Of a stretch of 64,000 nucleotides of DNA, positions 19,704-28,798 are shown piece by piece (the stretch's first letter is position 1; each line of letters starts with the position of its first letter). A model generated the notes under the pieces. That model saw only the letters and a program-made list of their open reading frames with translations. It was not told where the DNA came from and made no database searches. Where the stretch lies: the IMG/VR virus record IMGVR_UViG_3300050821_013430, positions 186,001 to 250,000 of that record, one strand, 5' to 3'. The translations under genes were made by a program, and so were the position numbers.

Positions 19704-20306
19704 TCATTCTATACCAACTAATAATAAAGGGTGAGCAATATCAGCATATATAATTTCTATTAGAGTTTTTTCATAATTGCCGGGCCCCGTGCTCATATTT
19801 TTTGCAACCTTTTTGATCGGCACCAACTCAATGCCCAAATCACTAATTCCATTCTTACGGAAAAGAGGTATTTTGAATAAACAATCACTTGTCATAAATG
19901 TGTATTTACCAAATTGGACTTCTAATATTATTTTAATTAAATTAGAATTTAATGAAAGTTCTTTATAAAAATCAGCATCAGAATAAGTTCGTTTAAGTTC
20001 GGATTTTTCTTTTTCTTTTGCTGACAATTTACAAAAATCATCAATAGTTTGCCTATCTGCATTTTTGATTTTTGGACATTTGTAATTTGTTGTCCAGCCA
20101 CATTTAATAAGACCATCAGATATTTTTGCATTCATATCTATTGGACTATAAACTACTGTTCCGGTTCTATTAGAATTACCACCAATGGTGTGTGTTCTAC
20201 ACGATTCTAAATCCACATTAGATAAAGTTGAATTAAGTTCTGTAATAATTGGGCCGCTATCACATAGTCCTTGCATATTAAATGCTTCAAATTTACTTAC
20301 TTTCAT
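19704..20306 (-). CDS. BglII/BstYI-family type II restriction endonuclease
   Basis: DADFYK...LEVQFGKYTFM..D...GIELVP...MSTG...YEK pattern; directly downstream of MTase. Confidence 0.75.
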   Translation of the reverse strand: MKVSKFEAFNMQGLCDSGPIITELNSTLSNVDLESCRTHTIGGNSNRTGTVVYSPIDMNAKISDGLIKCGWTTNYKCPKIKNADRQTIDDFCKLSAKEKEKSELKRTYSDADFYKELSLNSNLIKIILEVQFGKYTFMTSDCLFKIPLFRKNGISDLGIELVPIKKVAKNMSTGPGNYEKTLIEIIYADIAHPLLLVGIE

Positions 20307-21363
20307 CTTCTTTTTTGACTTTCTTGGGATCATAAATCGGAGTATTCATTGCGCGGGTTTTTAGTTCACCTTTCTCCAATAATTCAATTCTTTCTAAGGA
20401 AATATCGATATATTTTTTCTCGATATCACATCCATATCCTTTTCTCTTGTTTTTGAGTGCAGCAATCACAGTAGAGCCCGCACCCAGATAAGGATCAAAA
20501 ACAATATCATTTTCATTAGTAAGGGAAAGAACAAATCTTTCTACTAATTCAACAGGAAATTGACAAGGGTGTTCTGTTTTTTCACAATGATTATGTTTCA
20601 CATTTGGAATGTCCCACACATCGCCAGGATTTTTACCAAGCGGATTACCAGATAATTCCCCTTTGCGTAGTCCTTTGTAATATCTTTTGCCAGGATATTT
20701 AGAAGGAACTCTTACCGGATCAAGATTGAAAATATAATTATTAGTGTCTTTAACAAACCATAAAATGGTTTCATGTCTTCCTGAAAATCTATTTTTACAA
20801 TGTAATCCGTGTTCGAAGTGCCAAATGATCCTATTTTTGAGAGTAAAACCAAGTTTTTTGAAAATAGGATATAAAATAATATCCAATGGAATAACTTCTG
20901 CATCTTTTTTAGAAATAGAATTGCCCACTTGCCAACAAATAGACCCCGTGTCTTTTAGTTTTGTTGCACATTTTGTAATAATTTCTTCTTGAATTTTTAC
21001 ATAGGCATCGAGCGAAGAAATTTTTTCATACTCTTTACCAACATTGTATGGTGGGGATGTAATGATTAGCTGAACTGACTTATTTTCTATTTTATCTAAA
21101 AAATCTAAATTACTACCTTGCTCTACTAAATAATCTGTTAGATTTTGTTTTGAGCAAAATTGTCTATTAGTTTCTTGAAACTTACCATCTATTCCACGAA
21201 TGATAATGGGCGCGGCTTTCTGTTCGGCAAGAGCACCGGCAGCAAGTATAGCTTTATTACGAGTACGATAGTATCGATTAGAGTGGGGCGCCCCCCATAT
21301 TGCTCGTTGCCACCCTCGTTGAGTTTTAGAAACACAAACCGCTTGTATCTTTGATATTTTCAT
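20293..21363 (-). CDS. Beta-class N4-C/N6-A DNA methyltransferase with N-terminal DUF2188-like domain
   Basis: LIITSPPYN, HPCQFP, VFDPYLGAGST; N-terminus GW...TRNKAILAAGALA...IIIRGIDGKFQE. Confidence 0.88.
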   Translation of the reverse strand: MKISKIQAVCVSKTQRGWQRAIWGAPHSNRYYRTRNKAILAAGALAEQKAAPIIIRGIDGKFQETNRQFCSKQNLTDYLVEQGSNLDFLDKIENKSVQLIITSPPYNVGKEYEKISSLDAYVKIQEEIITKCATKLKDTGSICWQVGNSISKKDAEVIPLDIILYPIFKKLGFTLKNRIIWHFEHGLHCKNRFSGRHETILWFVKDTNNYIFNLDPVRVPSKYPGKRYYKGLRKGELSGNPLGKNPGDVWDIPNVKHNHCEKTEHPCQFPVELVERFVLSLTNENDIVFDPYLGAGSTVIAALKNKRKGYGCDIEKKYIDISLERIELLEKGELKTRAMNTPIYDPKKVKKEDESK

Positions 21364-21364
21364 C

Positions 21365-21553
21365 TTATTCCTCGTTTGATTTGCCTAATGTCTTATTGCA
21401 CTGGGCCTGTAAAATATTACGAATAAACTCCGCTCTGCTAATGTATTTCCCCGTCTTTTTCAAATACTGAGAAAACGCATCGTCAATTAGTTGCACCAGC
21501 GAGGGCGTCAATTTTAAAAGATACTGCTCGCTCAATTTTTCAATTTTTTTCAT
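21365..21553 (-). CDS. Ribbon-helix-helix-like DNA-binding protein (copy 1)
   Basis: QYLLKLTPSLVQLIDDAF...ISRAEFIRNIL; homologous to 47551..47718. Confidence 0.6.
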   Translation of the reverse strand: MKKIEKLSEQYLLKLTPSLVQLIDDAFSQYLKKTGKYISRAEFIRNILQAQCNKTLGKSNEE

Positions 21554-21572
21554 TAAAACCTGCCGTTTGCAT

Positions 21573-21590
21573 GATATATACTTATATATC
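21573..21590. promoter_or_regulatory. Perfect inverted repeat GATATATA-CT-TATATATC between divergent genes (candidate operator or divergent promoter)
   Basis: Direct reading of the 71-nt intergenic region. Confidence 0.45.
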
Positions 21591-21624
21591 TAAATATATA
21601 CCTATATTTTGAAAGGAAACTAAT

Positions 21625-22674
21625 ATGGAAACTTTTTGTTGCTCGGTTTGTGCTCGCGATATGCCTCAAACATATAGATGTCGTGGAATGTGTTGTGCCT
21701 GTTATACTCGTCTTAGACGACACGGGGTTATCAGCAAGATAGATAAACCAATACTACCAATTTCTTTAACACCTGAACAATCAGCATATATCAACGGAAG
21801 TTTGCTTGGTGATGGACATATTAATTATTATAGCGGCACCGGAAATGCTTCTTTCCGAAAATTACGCTCACAAAAAGACAAATCATATCTTGAATGGGAA
21901 AGACAATTTCTGATTGATTTCTGCACACCATCCTCTAAGGTTTTTGATAGTTCTATATTTGACACGCGAACAAATAAATATTATTACCATTCACGGTTTC
22001 ATACACGATCATGTAGTTTATTTGGAGAATTATATGAAAAATGGTATCCAAACGGTATAAAAATTGTTCCTCGAGATTTGGAATTAACACCATTAACAAT
22101 GGCGATTTGGTTTTTGGATGATGGCGGAATAAGCATTAAGGGAAATAAGCCGCATCTATTTGAAATAAAAATAGCAACTGATGGATTTTTAGAACAAGAT
22201 GTTGAATTTTTGGCACATTTATTACAAGAACGATACAATGAATATTTTGCCGTTTGCAAACACGAAAAACATTTCATAATAAATGCTGCTACTATGGCCT
22301 CGCGTGCCATCATTAAGGATATTGATCCTTATATTCCAAAAGAAATTATGGAACGAAAAACTATAAAATGGAGAAATTCACTTTCTAAAATAAATGAAGA
22401 CATTTTTCTCGGCGGAAACGGCAAATTGAAAGAACAACGATTTTTACAAAATTTTAATGAGAAATTGCAAAATTTATTTAAAAGTAGTAAAAGTTTTACA
22501 ATTTCTGAAATCGGTGAAATGCTGGAATGTTTCAAATCTGTAAATGGACAAATTTGTATAAATAGAGATAAAGTATTAGGATACTTAGAAAAATATCTAC
22601 AAAATAATTTGATTACACAAGAAAAAATTGGTAGAAAATATGTGTATTCCTTTACCAAAGAATTTATGATTTAA
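21625..22674 (+). CDS. LAGLIDADG homing endonuclease (two-motif, I-SceI-like)
   Basis: YINGSLLGDGHI and MAIWFLDDGGI; N-terminal CxxC...CCAC. Confidence 0.8.
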   Translation: METFCCSVCARDMPQTYRCRGMCCACYTRLRRHGVISKIDKPILPISLTPEQSAYINGSLLGDGHINYYSGTGNASFRKLRSQKDKSYLEWERQFLIDFCTPSSKVFDSSIFDTRTNKYYYHSRFHTRSCSLFGELYEKWYPNGIKIVPRDLELTPLTMAIWFLDDGGISIKGNKPHLFEIKIATDGFLEQDVEFLAHLLQERYNEYFAVCKHEKHFIINAATMASRAIIKDIDPYIPKEIMERKTIKWRNSLSKINEDIFLGGNGKLKEQRFLQNFNEKLQNLFKSSKSFTISEIGEMLECFKSVNGQICINRDKVLGYLEKYLQNNLITQEKIGRKYVYSFTKEFMI

Positions 22675-23606
22675 AAATCAGCATCAGGTGATCCAACTCG
22701 AAAAAGTGGAAGTCCGTTCTCATACACCCATCTACAAATCTGCAACCGGTCATCAATCCAAGCGCATACCTTATACTTCCCCCTGATCTGCTCCTCGAAA
22801 ATTCGTTCTTTTATCAGGACATCTTTTTCTTTGTTGCCACTGGGACGCATAAACAATTCGTACTTCACTTCGGGCAAGTGCTTCTGATAGAAGCGTTCCG
22901 TTGGTGCTCGATCTTTTTCTTCTCGTCCCGAGACAAACAAAACCTTATAGCCTAATTTGAAATAGTTCCGCACGCATTCAATCACGTGCGCGTGCGGTAT
23001 GTCCAAATCCGAGGTGCTCGCGTCATACACATTGCGCCCCGGATGAGGCAAACAAATTGTTCCATCATTATCCACGACGATCGCGGCAGGTAAGCCAGTA
23101 TCTTGCTCCAATGGCCTCCATACCTTCGAGCCTAATTTAGGCGCAAAAACCTCTACCTTTGGTTTGTAATGCTTGAACATTTCCTTCCCGCTCGTCTTCC
23201 ACCATTTCTCAATTACCTTGTCATCTAATCTGGCAGTGCCCGTGCGCTTGGAATTGCGTTCTAAGGCTTCTTCCAAAGAGATATAAAAATGCTTTTCGAT
23301 GACCATTGCATCAACATTGCACTTTTTGACGATTTCACAAGTTTGGGAGAAATGCTTGGGCGCCAAATTTAGATTGTCGATGATGATATTTTTACCAGTC
23401 TTCAATCCTTTTTCGATGAGGAAATTTCGTGTTGCCTCAATGATTTTTTCGTATTCGGAAGACCATACCGATCCATTGAAAGTGGCACGAAGGTCATCGT
23501 TGTTCAGGCGTAAGGTGTTTAGAGGGTCTTTGGCCACCTCTTCCTTAGCCCAAGTCGATTTTCCACTTGATGGTATTCCGACCGTTAGAAATATCTTTCT
23601 TTGCAT
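22671..23606 (-). CDS. pseT: Polynucleotide 5'-kinase/3'-phosphatase (T4 PseT-like)
   Basis: GIPSSGKST P-loop, RLNNDDLR, HAD DNDGT, SGRE, IDDRLQI. Confidence 0.88.
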   Translation of the reverse strand: MQRKIFLTVGIPSSGKSTWAKEEVAKDPLNTLRLNNDDLRATFNGSVWSSEYEKIIEATRNFLIEKGLKTGKNIIIDNLNLAPKHFSQTCEIVKKCNVDAMVIEKHFYISLEEALERNSKRTGTARLDDKVIEKWWKTSGKEMFKHYKPKVEVFAPKLGSKVWRPLEQDTGLPAAIVVDNDGTICLPHPGRNVYDASTSDLDIPHAHVIECVRNYFKLGYKVLFVSGREEKDRAPTERFYQKHLPEVKYELFMRPSGNKEKDVLIKERIFEEQIRGKYKVCAWIDDRLQICRWVYENGLPLFRVGSPDADF

Positions 23607-23619
23607 TTTATTCTCTCTT

Positions 23620-24075
23620 TCAATCAGCAGCCCACTTTATCGCTGTCAATAAAAATCCATCCGCATTTTGCAACAATCTAAATTCGTTATAGTTCGCAAA
23701 TTCTCTGGTAAATTTTTCTACCAAGTCTTGTTCTTCTTGTATCGAAAGTTTGGGCACAAGAGGAATTAAAAGCCTACCATTTCTATATGAATAGCATTGA
23801 TTTGCTCGTATTGTTCTAAACCCATAATCTAATCCAACATAAGCGATAGCGTCATTTTCCCTTGCCTTAACCAATGGAATAGCGCCATATGGCAACTGGT
23901 CGGTGATAATTGCCTTTGGAAAGGTCTCTCGTCGTTTTCGTTCTCGATCAAGAAGATCTTGCAAATTGCTTTCTTTGCAACGCAAGCACTTATAGACTTC
24001 TCCATCTGTATGATACCAATCGCACACGATGGTGAGTTTATTATGACCGAAAAGGCGACACCAAAAGTTATTCAT
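23620..24075 (-). CDS. Hypothetical protein
   Basis: Start trimmed to MNNFWC. Confidence 0.5.
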   Translation of the reverse strand: MNNFWCRLFGHNKLTIVCDWYHTDGEVYKCLRCKESNLQDLLDRERKRRETFPKAIITDQLPYGAIPLVKARENDAIAYVGLDYGFRTIRANQCYSYRNGRLLIPLVPKLSIQEEQDLVEKFTREFANYNEFRLLQNADGFLLTAIKWAAD

Positions 24076-24391
24076 TTTCGTGAAATTGGCCACATTGCGC
24101 ACACGGTACCGGCATCCCACCGCTCCAATCGAGAGTAATCGTTGGCTTGCTGGTATAAGTAAGCCAAAGTCTAACTTTTATTCCCTCATCAGTAAAATAT
24201 TTCACCACCTTGTCAATATCTTGCTGCGACAAATTGAAATTCTCAATCCAATTGTAATGATCTACTTTGGTCTTACCATCCGCAGCGACATTCCACATAT
24301 CTTGTTTGAGATGATCGATTGCTTTTCTCGGTCTATCTTCAATGGCCTTTTTAGTTCCTATGCAAATTGTTTCGAGTAGGCTCATTGACAC
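24068..24391 (-). CDS. Hypothetical, 'DWS' family, C-terminal CAQCGQFH tag
   Basis: KYFTDEGI...LDWS...CAQCGQFH. Confidence 0.6.
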   Translation of the reverse strand: MSMSLLETICIGTKKAIEDRPRKAIDHLKQDMWNVAADGKTKVDHYNWIENFNLSQQDIDKVVKYFTDEGIKVRLWLTYTSKPTITLDWSGGMPVPCAQCGQFHENE

Positions 24392-24771
24392 GCCTCATGT
24401 ACCTCATGACATTGTGGGCAAGTATCTGGATAGGTATTGTTTGATTGCTTCATTTTGTCTGACCAATCAAAATAGACTAAAACATCATTATCCCATTCAG
24501 GATCGAAATCGTTCCAATCATCATCTTCATCATAATTGCAAGAAAGATCATTCACGAAAAATCCCTCATTCTCAAAATATTTCTTGATCTTTTTTCGATC
24601 TTTTTTGGAAAGTTTCTGCCACTTCTTCATTTCACGAAAATTATAGTGAGTTTTTCCTTTGATAGCCTTTTTCTTTATTCCATCAACAATCTTTTGTACT
24701 ATCAATGTATAATGACTATCTTTATTGTCTGCTGACAATTTACAAACCTCATCAATTAAATTCATTGGCAA
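24382..24771 (-). CDS. Hypothetical, 'DWS' family, C-terminal CPQCHEVH tag
   Basis: KYFENEGF...FDWS...CPQCHEVHEAC. Confidence 0.6.
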   Translation of the reverse strand: MPMNLIDEVCKLSADNKDSHYTLIVQKIVDGIKKKAIKGKTHYNFREMKKWQKLSKKDRKKIKKYFENEGFFVNDLSCNYDEDDDWNDFDPEWDNDVLVYFDWSDKMKQSNNTYPDTCPQCHEVHEACQ

Positions 24772-25061
24772 ACCTCATGCATCTCGCCACATTGGGAACA
24801 CGGCTTCTTTATATGCTTCGACCAATCTACTCTAATTGTATGAATGCCGGTCTGTTTGACCTCAAAACCCTTTTCAATTAATTCTTTGATGATTTTATCC
24901 ATTAGATGGGGTGAAAAACAATCGTAAAAAGTAAAAACCGTGCTTTCATTTCCGACTAAGGCCTTATTTTTGATATGGATATAGAGATTATCCATATCTG
25001 ATTGTATTTTTAATTTATTAGCCGCTTCTACTTCCTTTGCCATTTCTTCTGCTAAATTCAT
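24762..25061 (-). CDS. Hypothetical, 'DWS' family, C-terminal CSQCGEMH tag
   Basis: EKGFEV...VDWS...CSQCGEMHEVC. Confidence 0.6.
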   Translation of the reverse strand: MNLAEEMAKEVEAANKLKIQSDMDNLYIHIKNKALVGNESTVFTFYDCFSPHLMDKIIKELIEKGFEVKQTGIHTIRVDWSKHIKKPCSQCGEMHEVCQ

Positions 25062-25603
25062 TTTATTTTACCGTCTTTCTTTGCTTTCCCTACACTATCA
25101 ATTGTTTTCTTCATACTCTTTTCTAATCTTTTGAGATATTTGGCGTTTTGTTCCTTCTTATACTTCGCCATTTCGATATCAAATTTAGCCTTTTCTATCT
25201 TATATTTAGCATAATTTTCTTTATGCTTTTTCATATTTTGTTTGTAAGATTTCAGAAGCGCCTCATATCTTTGATATTCCGCTTCATAAAACTCATTATC
25301 AACGATTTTCCTACCGTTGAATACGAGATGACAAGTAATGGTCTTTTCGTCATAGTAGCCGTGCTCTATGTCCAAAACAATTCCTACATCAGTATTATTC
25401 GGGTCAGCGTCGGTGGGTAGTTTGACCATATTTAGAAATTCGTTGTATGACATAAAAGTGCTGTCCCCATCGCCCCAATCATTTGAGCAGCAAGTTCTTG
25501 CTAATTCGTGCTTGTCAATTCGAGCAAAAGTTTCTTTTTGTTTTAGGGGCGGAGTAGGCTTGCTCGGCGGAGAGGGACGAAAAGGTTCAATAGGGCGTTT
25601 CAT
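25058..25603 (-). CDS. Hypothetical protein with Lys-rich coiled coil
   Basis: ORF track. Confidence 0.55.
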   Translation of the reverse strand: MKRPIEPFRPSPPSKPTPPLKQKETFARIDKHELARTCCSNDWGDGDSTFMSYNEFLNMVKLPTDADPNNTDVGIVLDIEHGYYDEKTITCHLVFNGRKIVDNEFYEAEYQRYEALLKSYKQNMKKHKENYAKYKIEKAKFDIEMAKYKKEQNAKYLKRLEKSMKKTIDSVGKAKKDGKIK

Positions 25604-25606
25604 TTC

Positions 25607-25870
25607 TTACTCCAATAATTTTTCTATACCGTTATCAACCTTGACACGCATCTTCTCAAATTTTTCACACTCTTCATCCCAAGTGGCAGTAAGTTTGCGT
25701 GCGATATTAGCACGACGAATAAACTCTTGTTTATCCTGTTCTGGGACTTCTTTTAGATACCAGGTGATTTGTTCTTCTAAATCATCAGGATGACATCCAA
25801 CATCATCAGCAAGACTTTTGAGTTTAGTTTTGGTTTTCTTTTGCAATTGTTTCCAGGCCTTCTTTTTCAT
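25607..25870 (-). CDS. Hypothetical protein
   Basis: ATGA overlap with upstream gene. Confidence 0.5.
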   Translation of the reverse strand: MKKKAWKQLQKKTKTKLKSLADDVGCHPDDLEEQITWYLKEVPEQDKQEFIRRANIARKLTATWDEECEKFEKMRVKVDNGIEKLLE

Positions 25871-26118
25871 AGAATTTCCTTTGCGATTTTCTGAAAGGAT
25901 TTCTTGTCTATTTGTAATAGACATTCTTGAATGATACTAGCGGGTTTGCCAACCTCAATATGCATTTCGCCACTATTCTCATCACCTTCCGGATCAAAAT
26001 ACCATTCTCGGTCATCGAGAAAATAGAGAGTGGGATTTTTACCTTTGCCCACTTCGGGCACATAAAACTCAAAATCACTACCACTGCAATGAACGAGTTT
26101 CTCAATTTTCTGCGTCAT
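25867..26118 (-). CDS. Hypothetical protein, tandem paralog A (MTQKIEK)
   Basis: Same first 21 nt as 26115..26366. Confidence 0.55.
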   Translation of the reverse strand: MTQKIEKLVHCSGSDFEFYVPEVGKGKNPTLYFLDDREWYFDPEGDENSGEMHIEVGKPASIIQECLLQIDKKSFQKIAKEIL

Positions 26119-26366
26119 TTTGCCAATTCCTTTACAAGTCTATTGAAATCTTTCAAATCTATACAATAGTCATACCAATCACCAATCACGCTCGCTGGTA
26201 AGCCGGGTTTGATTTTGGGCGGAGCCCCTACCTCATCTTCATCGTGATAATAATCTCTATTGAGGAAATATAGTTTGGCATTTTTGCCTCTCCCAATTTG
26301 GGCAGCATAGAGAGCGGGATAGGGAATATTATTGCACTTGACAAATTTCTCAATTTTCTGCGTCAT
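26115..26366 (-). CDS. Hypothetical protein, tandem paralog B (MTQKIEK)
   Basis: Shared GxGKN..LYFL..G.PASVI pattern. Confidence 0.55.
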   Translation of the reverse strand: MTQKIEKFVKCNNIPYPALYAAQIGRGKNAKLYFLNRDYYHDEDEVGAPPKIKPGLPASVIGDWYDYCIDLKDFNRLVKELAK

Positions 26367-26367
26367 C

Positions 26368-26676
26368 TTATTTCTCTCCCAACTGATATGTAATACTAAC
26401 TTTTCTTACTTCCAATTCATCTACTGTAATTGGTTTTCTCCAATCGAATTTATTTGGAATAGTGCGAAAGCACCTGTAAGCAAGATCGAGCCCGGGAAAA
26501 TGTTTCCCTGCATCTGATTTCTTATCAAACAAATATACATTGAGAAGATCATCAGTGAAATAATACTCATAAACATATCCTGACTTTTGATATCCTACGC
26601 TATGTATGCCCTCTTCCTCTAAGAGAAGTTTGTTTTTAGGATCATATAGGACATATTTAGTTTGCGTCGTTTTCAT
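26368..26676 (-). CDS. Hypothetical protein
   Basis: ATGA overlap. Confidence 0.5.
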   Translation of the reverse strand: MKTTQTKYVLYDPKNKLLLEEEGIHSVGYQKSGYVYEYYFTDDLLNVYLFDKKSDAGKHFPGLDLAYRCFRTIPNKFDWRKPITVDELEVRKVSITYQLGEK

Positions 26677-27290
26677 TTCTTTATCTCGTGAATATTTCCG
26701 CACTGTGGGCAAACACACTCATCAAACTTCTGAGGTTTGACTACGCATACGCCTCTTGGATTGATGATCCCGATACCTAACTCGCCATCGTTTGTCTCTG
26801 GAATAACACCGAGAAATTTTGGATCAGTGATCAAAATCATATCATCACCAGTCAAATACTCCGATGTCATAATTTCCATTCCGTTGGAATATCGTCTGCC
26901 ATATACTTTTTCAATAGGCATCTGATCAATACTGGTGTTCTGGTGCGATACCATTATACGACTGCACATCAAATTCCAAGACTGAAATTTGTTCAATGCC
27001 TTCTCTATGGTAGGCACAACACGATCTGTAATTTCCGCCGCTTTGTATAGCGCTGAAATAAGAGCCTTATTGAAAGTCTCTACATCAGGAAAATGATAGG
27101 TAGGAACAATGCAGTGGTCGCCAAAAGTTGTGATCTCCGGCTCAAAACTACCACCAACATTTTTACCAATGACTACCCGTGGTAGATCAAAATCACATTC
27201 ATAGGATGGTGATGCGGTGCCCAACGGGTCTATAATTAGTATTTGCGCCAATGGATTTTTGTCAGTCAATTCTATGCTATTATTCATCAT
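26673..27290 (-). CDS. Hypothetical protein with C-terminal CPQCGNIH tag
   Basis: ATGA overlaps at both ends. Confidence 0.55.
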   Translation of the reverse strand: MMNNSIELTDKNPLAQILIIDPLGTASPSYECDFDLPRVVIGKNVGGSFEPEITTFGDHCIVPTYHFPDVETFNKALISALYKAAEITDRVVPTIEKALNKFQSWNLMCSRIMVSHQNTSIDQMPIEKVYGRRYSNGMEIMTSEYLTGDDMILITDPKFLGVIPETNDGELGIGIINPRGVCVVKPQKFDECVCPQCGNIHEIKK

Positions 27291-27625
27291 CGCAGTCCCT
27301 TTATCAACTCTTTCCAATTGACCTTATGTTTCTTGCAATGTTTTTCGAGACGCTTCATTAGCGTTTCCAAATTACCAATGAAATACATATCACAATCGGA
27401 ATAGATTGAAACTTTATAGACATCTTTTGATCCGGCTTTTTGACCTAACTTGAATGCATTTGCGGTAGTCTCAAATGCATCATAATTGTATGCCTCAGGA
27501 TGAACGACAAGATCAGCACTATCGTAAAAAGTATCATAACACTCATCGTACGGGGCGCCATCCAGCCATTTATTATATAATCGTTCGAGAATATCGGTGA
27601 ATTTATTATTGGTTTTGAGTTTCAT
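27287..27625 (-). CDS. Hypothetical protein
   Basis: GAGG SD; downstream of promoter at 27641. Confidence 0.5.
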   Translation of the reverse strand: MKLKTNNKFTDILERLYNKWLDGAPYDECYDTFYDSADLVVHPEAYNYDAFETTANAFKLGQKAGSKDVYKVSIYSDCDMYFIGNLETLMKRLEKHCKKHKVNWKELIKGLR

Positions 27626-27640
27626 CTTGCCTCGTGTCAA

Positions 27641-27668
27641 TATGTAATCAGGAATAATTGAGTGTCAA
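27641..27668 (-). promoter_or_regulatory. Sigma70-type promoter TTGACA-16-TACATA
   Basis: TTGACACTCAATTatTCCTGATTACAT, near-identical to 58609..58636. Confidence 0.55.
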
Positions 27669-27670
27669 TG

Positions 27671-28771
27671 CTACTGGGTCGCTTCGTGCAACGCCGAAAC
27701 CTTGGAAAAGAAAGGCTGACAATTGAGCAACGCCCGATGCTGAACGACGATGTTCATCGGGAATGAATTTCTGATCCCCACCAATTCTATTTCTTTCTCA
27801 ACCGCATTGTCATCCAAGAAACGGCATAAGCGCTCTACATACCGAATTTTGGGTTTGGTGCCCCCATCAAAACACTTCAATTTCGCCAAATGACAAGCCG
27901 TGAGAACGAACACGAATTTTTCCGTTTGATCCAGTTTGGCATAATCGACGCCGCAGGTGCCCCGTTCCAAAAGCGAGTAAATGATCGGCTCGAAACGCTT
28001 GTAATGTTCGTGCCAAATTCTAAACTGAATTGCTGCCGCTGCTCCCACATAGCCTGCTATAATACTCTCGACGGTATCGAGATCATCCAAATTGAGTTTC
28101 GCTGCTTCTTGCATAGCATTTGACGCAAGCGTCCATCCGCGCGGTGATGGGCTGGCAAATTCAACACCGCTTTCAATTTCGCCGCACGCCAATTCGGGAT
28201 GCCTTATCAAAAAACCAAGAATAAGTTCATTGAGACCTGCATCCCGAGCCCATTTGATCCAATGTTGGAAATTGAAACTCAAAATAAACTTGGCACCTCG
28301 ATCGAGCAGGGCAGTGCTAATATTATTGGAATATGCGCCTTCGCTTATTAGGTTTCCCGTTAGAATGCACGCTGCGGCATTGATTGGCTTTCCATTTATT
28401 GTTCTGAATTGCAAAAGTTCCAATAATGGGGCAGTGATTTCACTATGGCACTTATCGACCTCATCAAATAGTAGGATTTGATCGGCCACGCCACCTTCTA
28501 ACTTGGGTAGGTAATAAGGCTGCTTATAGACGACCACATCCGAGGCATCGTTGAGGATTGGCCAGCCTGCGAGGTCTGGGCGTTCAATAACTGAGAGATT
28601 TACAATGCTAATTTTATAGCCCATCTCTCGTGCAGCCTGCAAGGAGAGAAAGGTCTTTCCAATACCCCTCCGCCCAAATAGGAATAAATTGCCCTCAGTT
28701 TTGATATTGAAACGGAGTAAATTGAGGGCTTCCTCTTGATTGATTTCTTTTAGGTTGAGGGCGTTTCCCAT
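27671..28771 (-). CDS. MoxR-like AAA+ ATPase (AAA_5), paralog 1
   Basis: Walker A GRRGIGKT, Walker B LLFDEVDK, LTGN, ALLDR. Confidence 0.8.
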   Translation of the reverse strand: MGNALNLKEINQEEALNLLRFNIKTEGNLFLFGRRGIGKTFLSLQAAREMGYKISIVNLSVIERPDLAGWPILNDASDVVVYKQPYYLPKLEGGVADQILLFDEVDKCHSEITAPLLELLQFRTINGKPINAAACILTGNLISEGAYSNNISTALLDRGAKFILSFNFQHWIKWARDAGLNELILGFLIRHPELACGEIESGVEFASPSPRGWTLASNAMQEAAKLNLDDLDTVESIIAGYVGAAAAIQFRIWHEHYKRFEPIIYSLLERGTCGVDYAKLDQTEKFVFVLTACHLAKLKCFDGGTKPKIRYVERLCRFLDDNAVEKEIELVGIRNSFPMNIVVQHRALLNCQPFFSKVSALHEATQ

Positions 28772-28798
28772 AGTGTTATACTATGAGATATATCCGAA

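Noticed and set aside
6606-23959. Avoidance of the BglII site AGATCT as evidence of enzyme specificity
   Set aside because: AGATCT is present (e.g. 6606-6611, 23954-23959) and GATC is common. I cannot compute depletion, and a cognate MTase would remove the pressure anyway.
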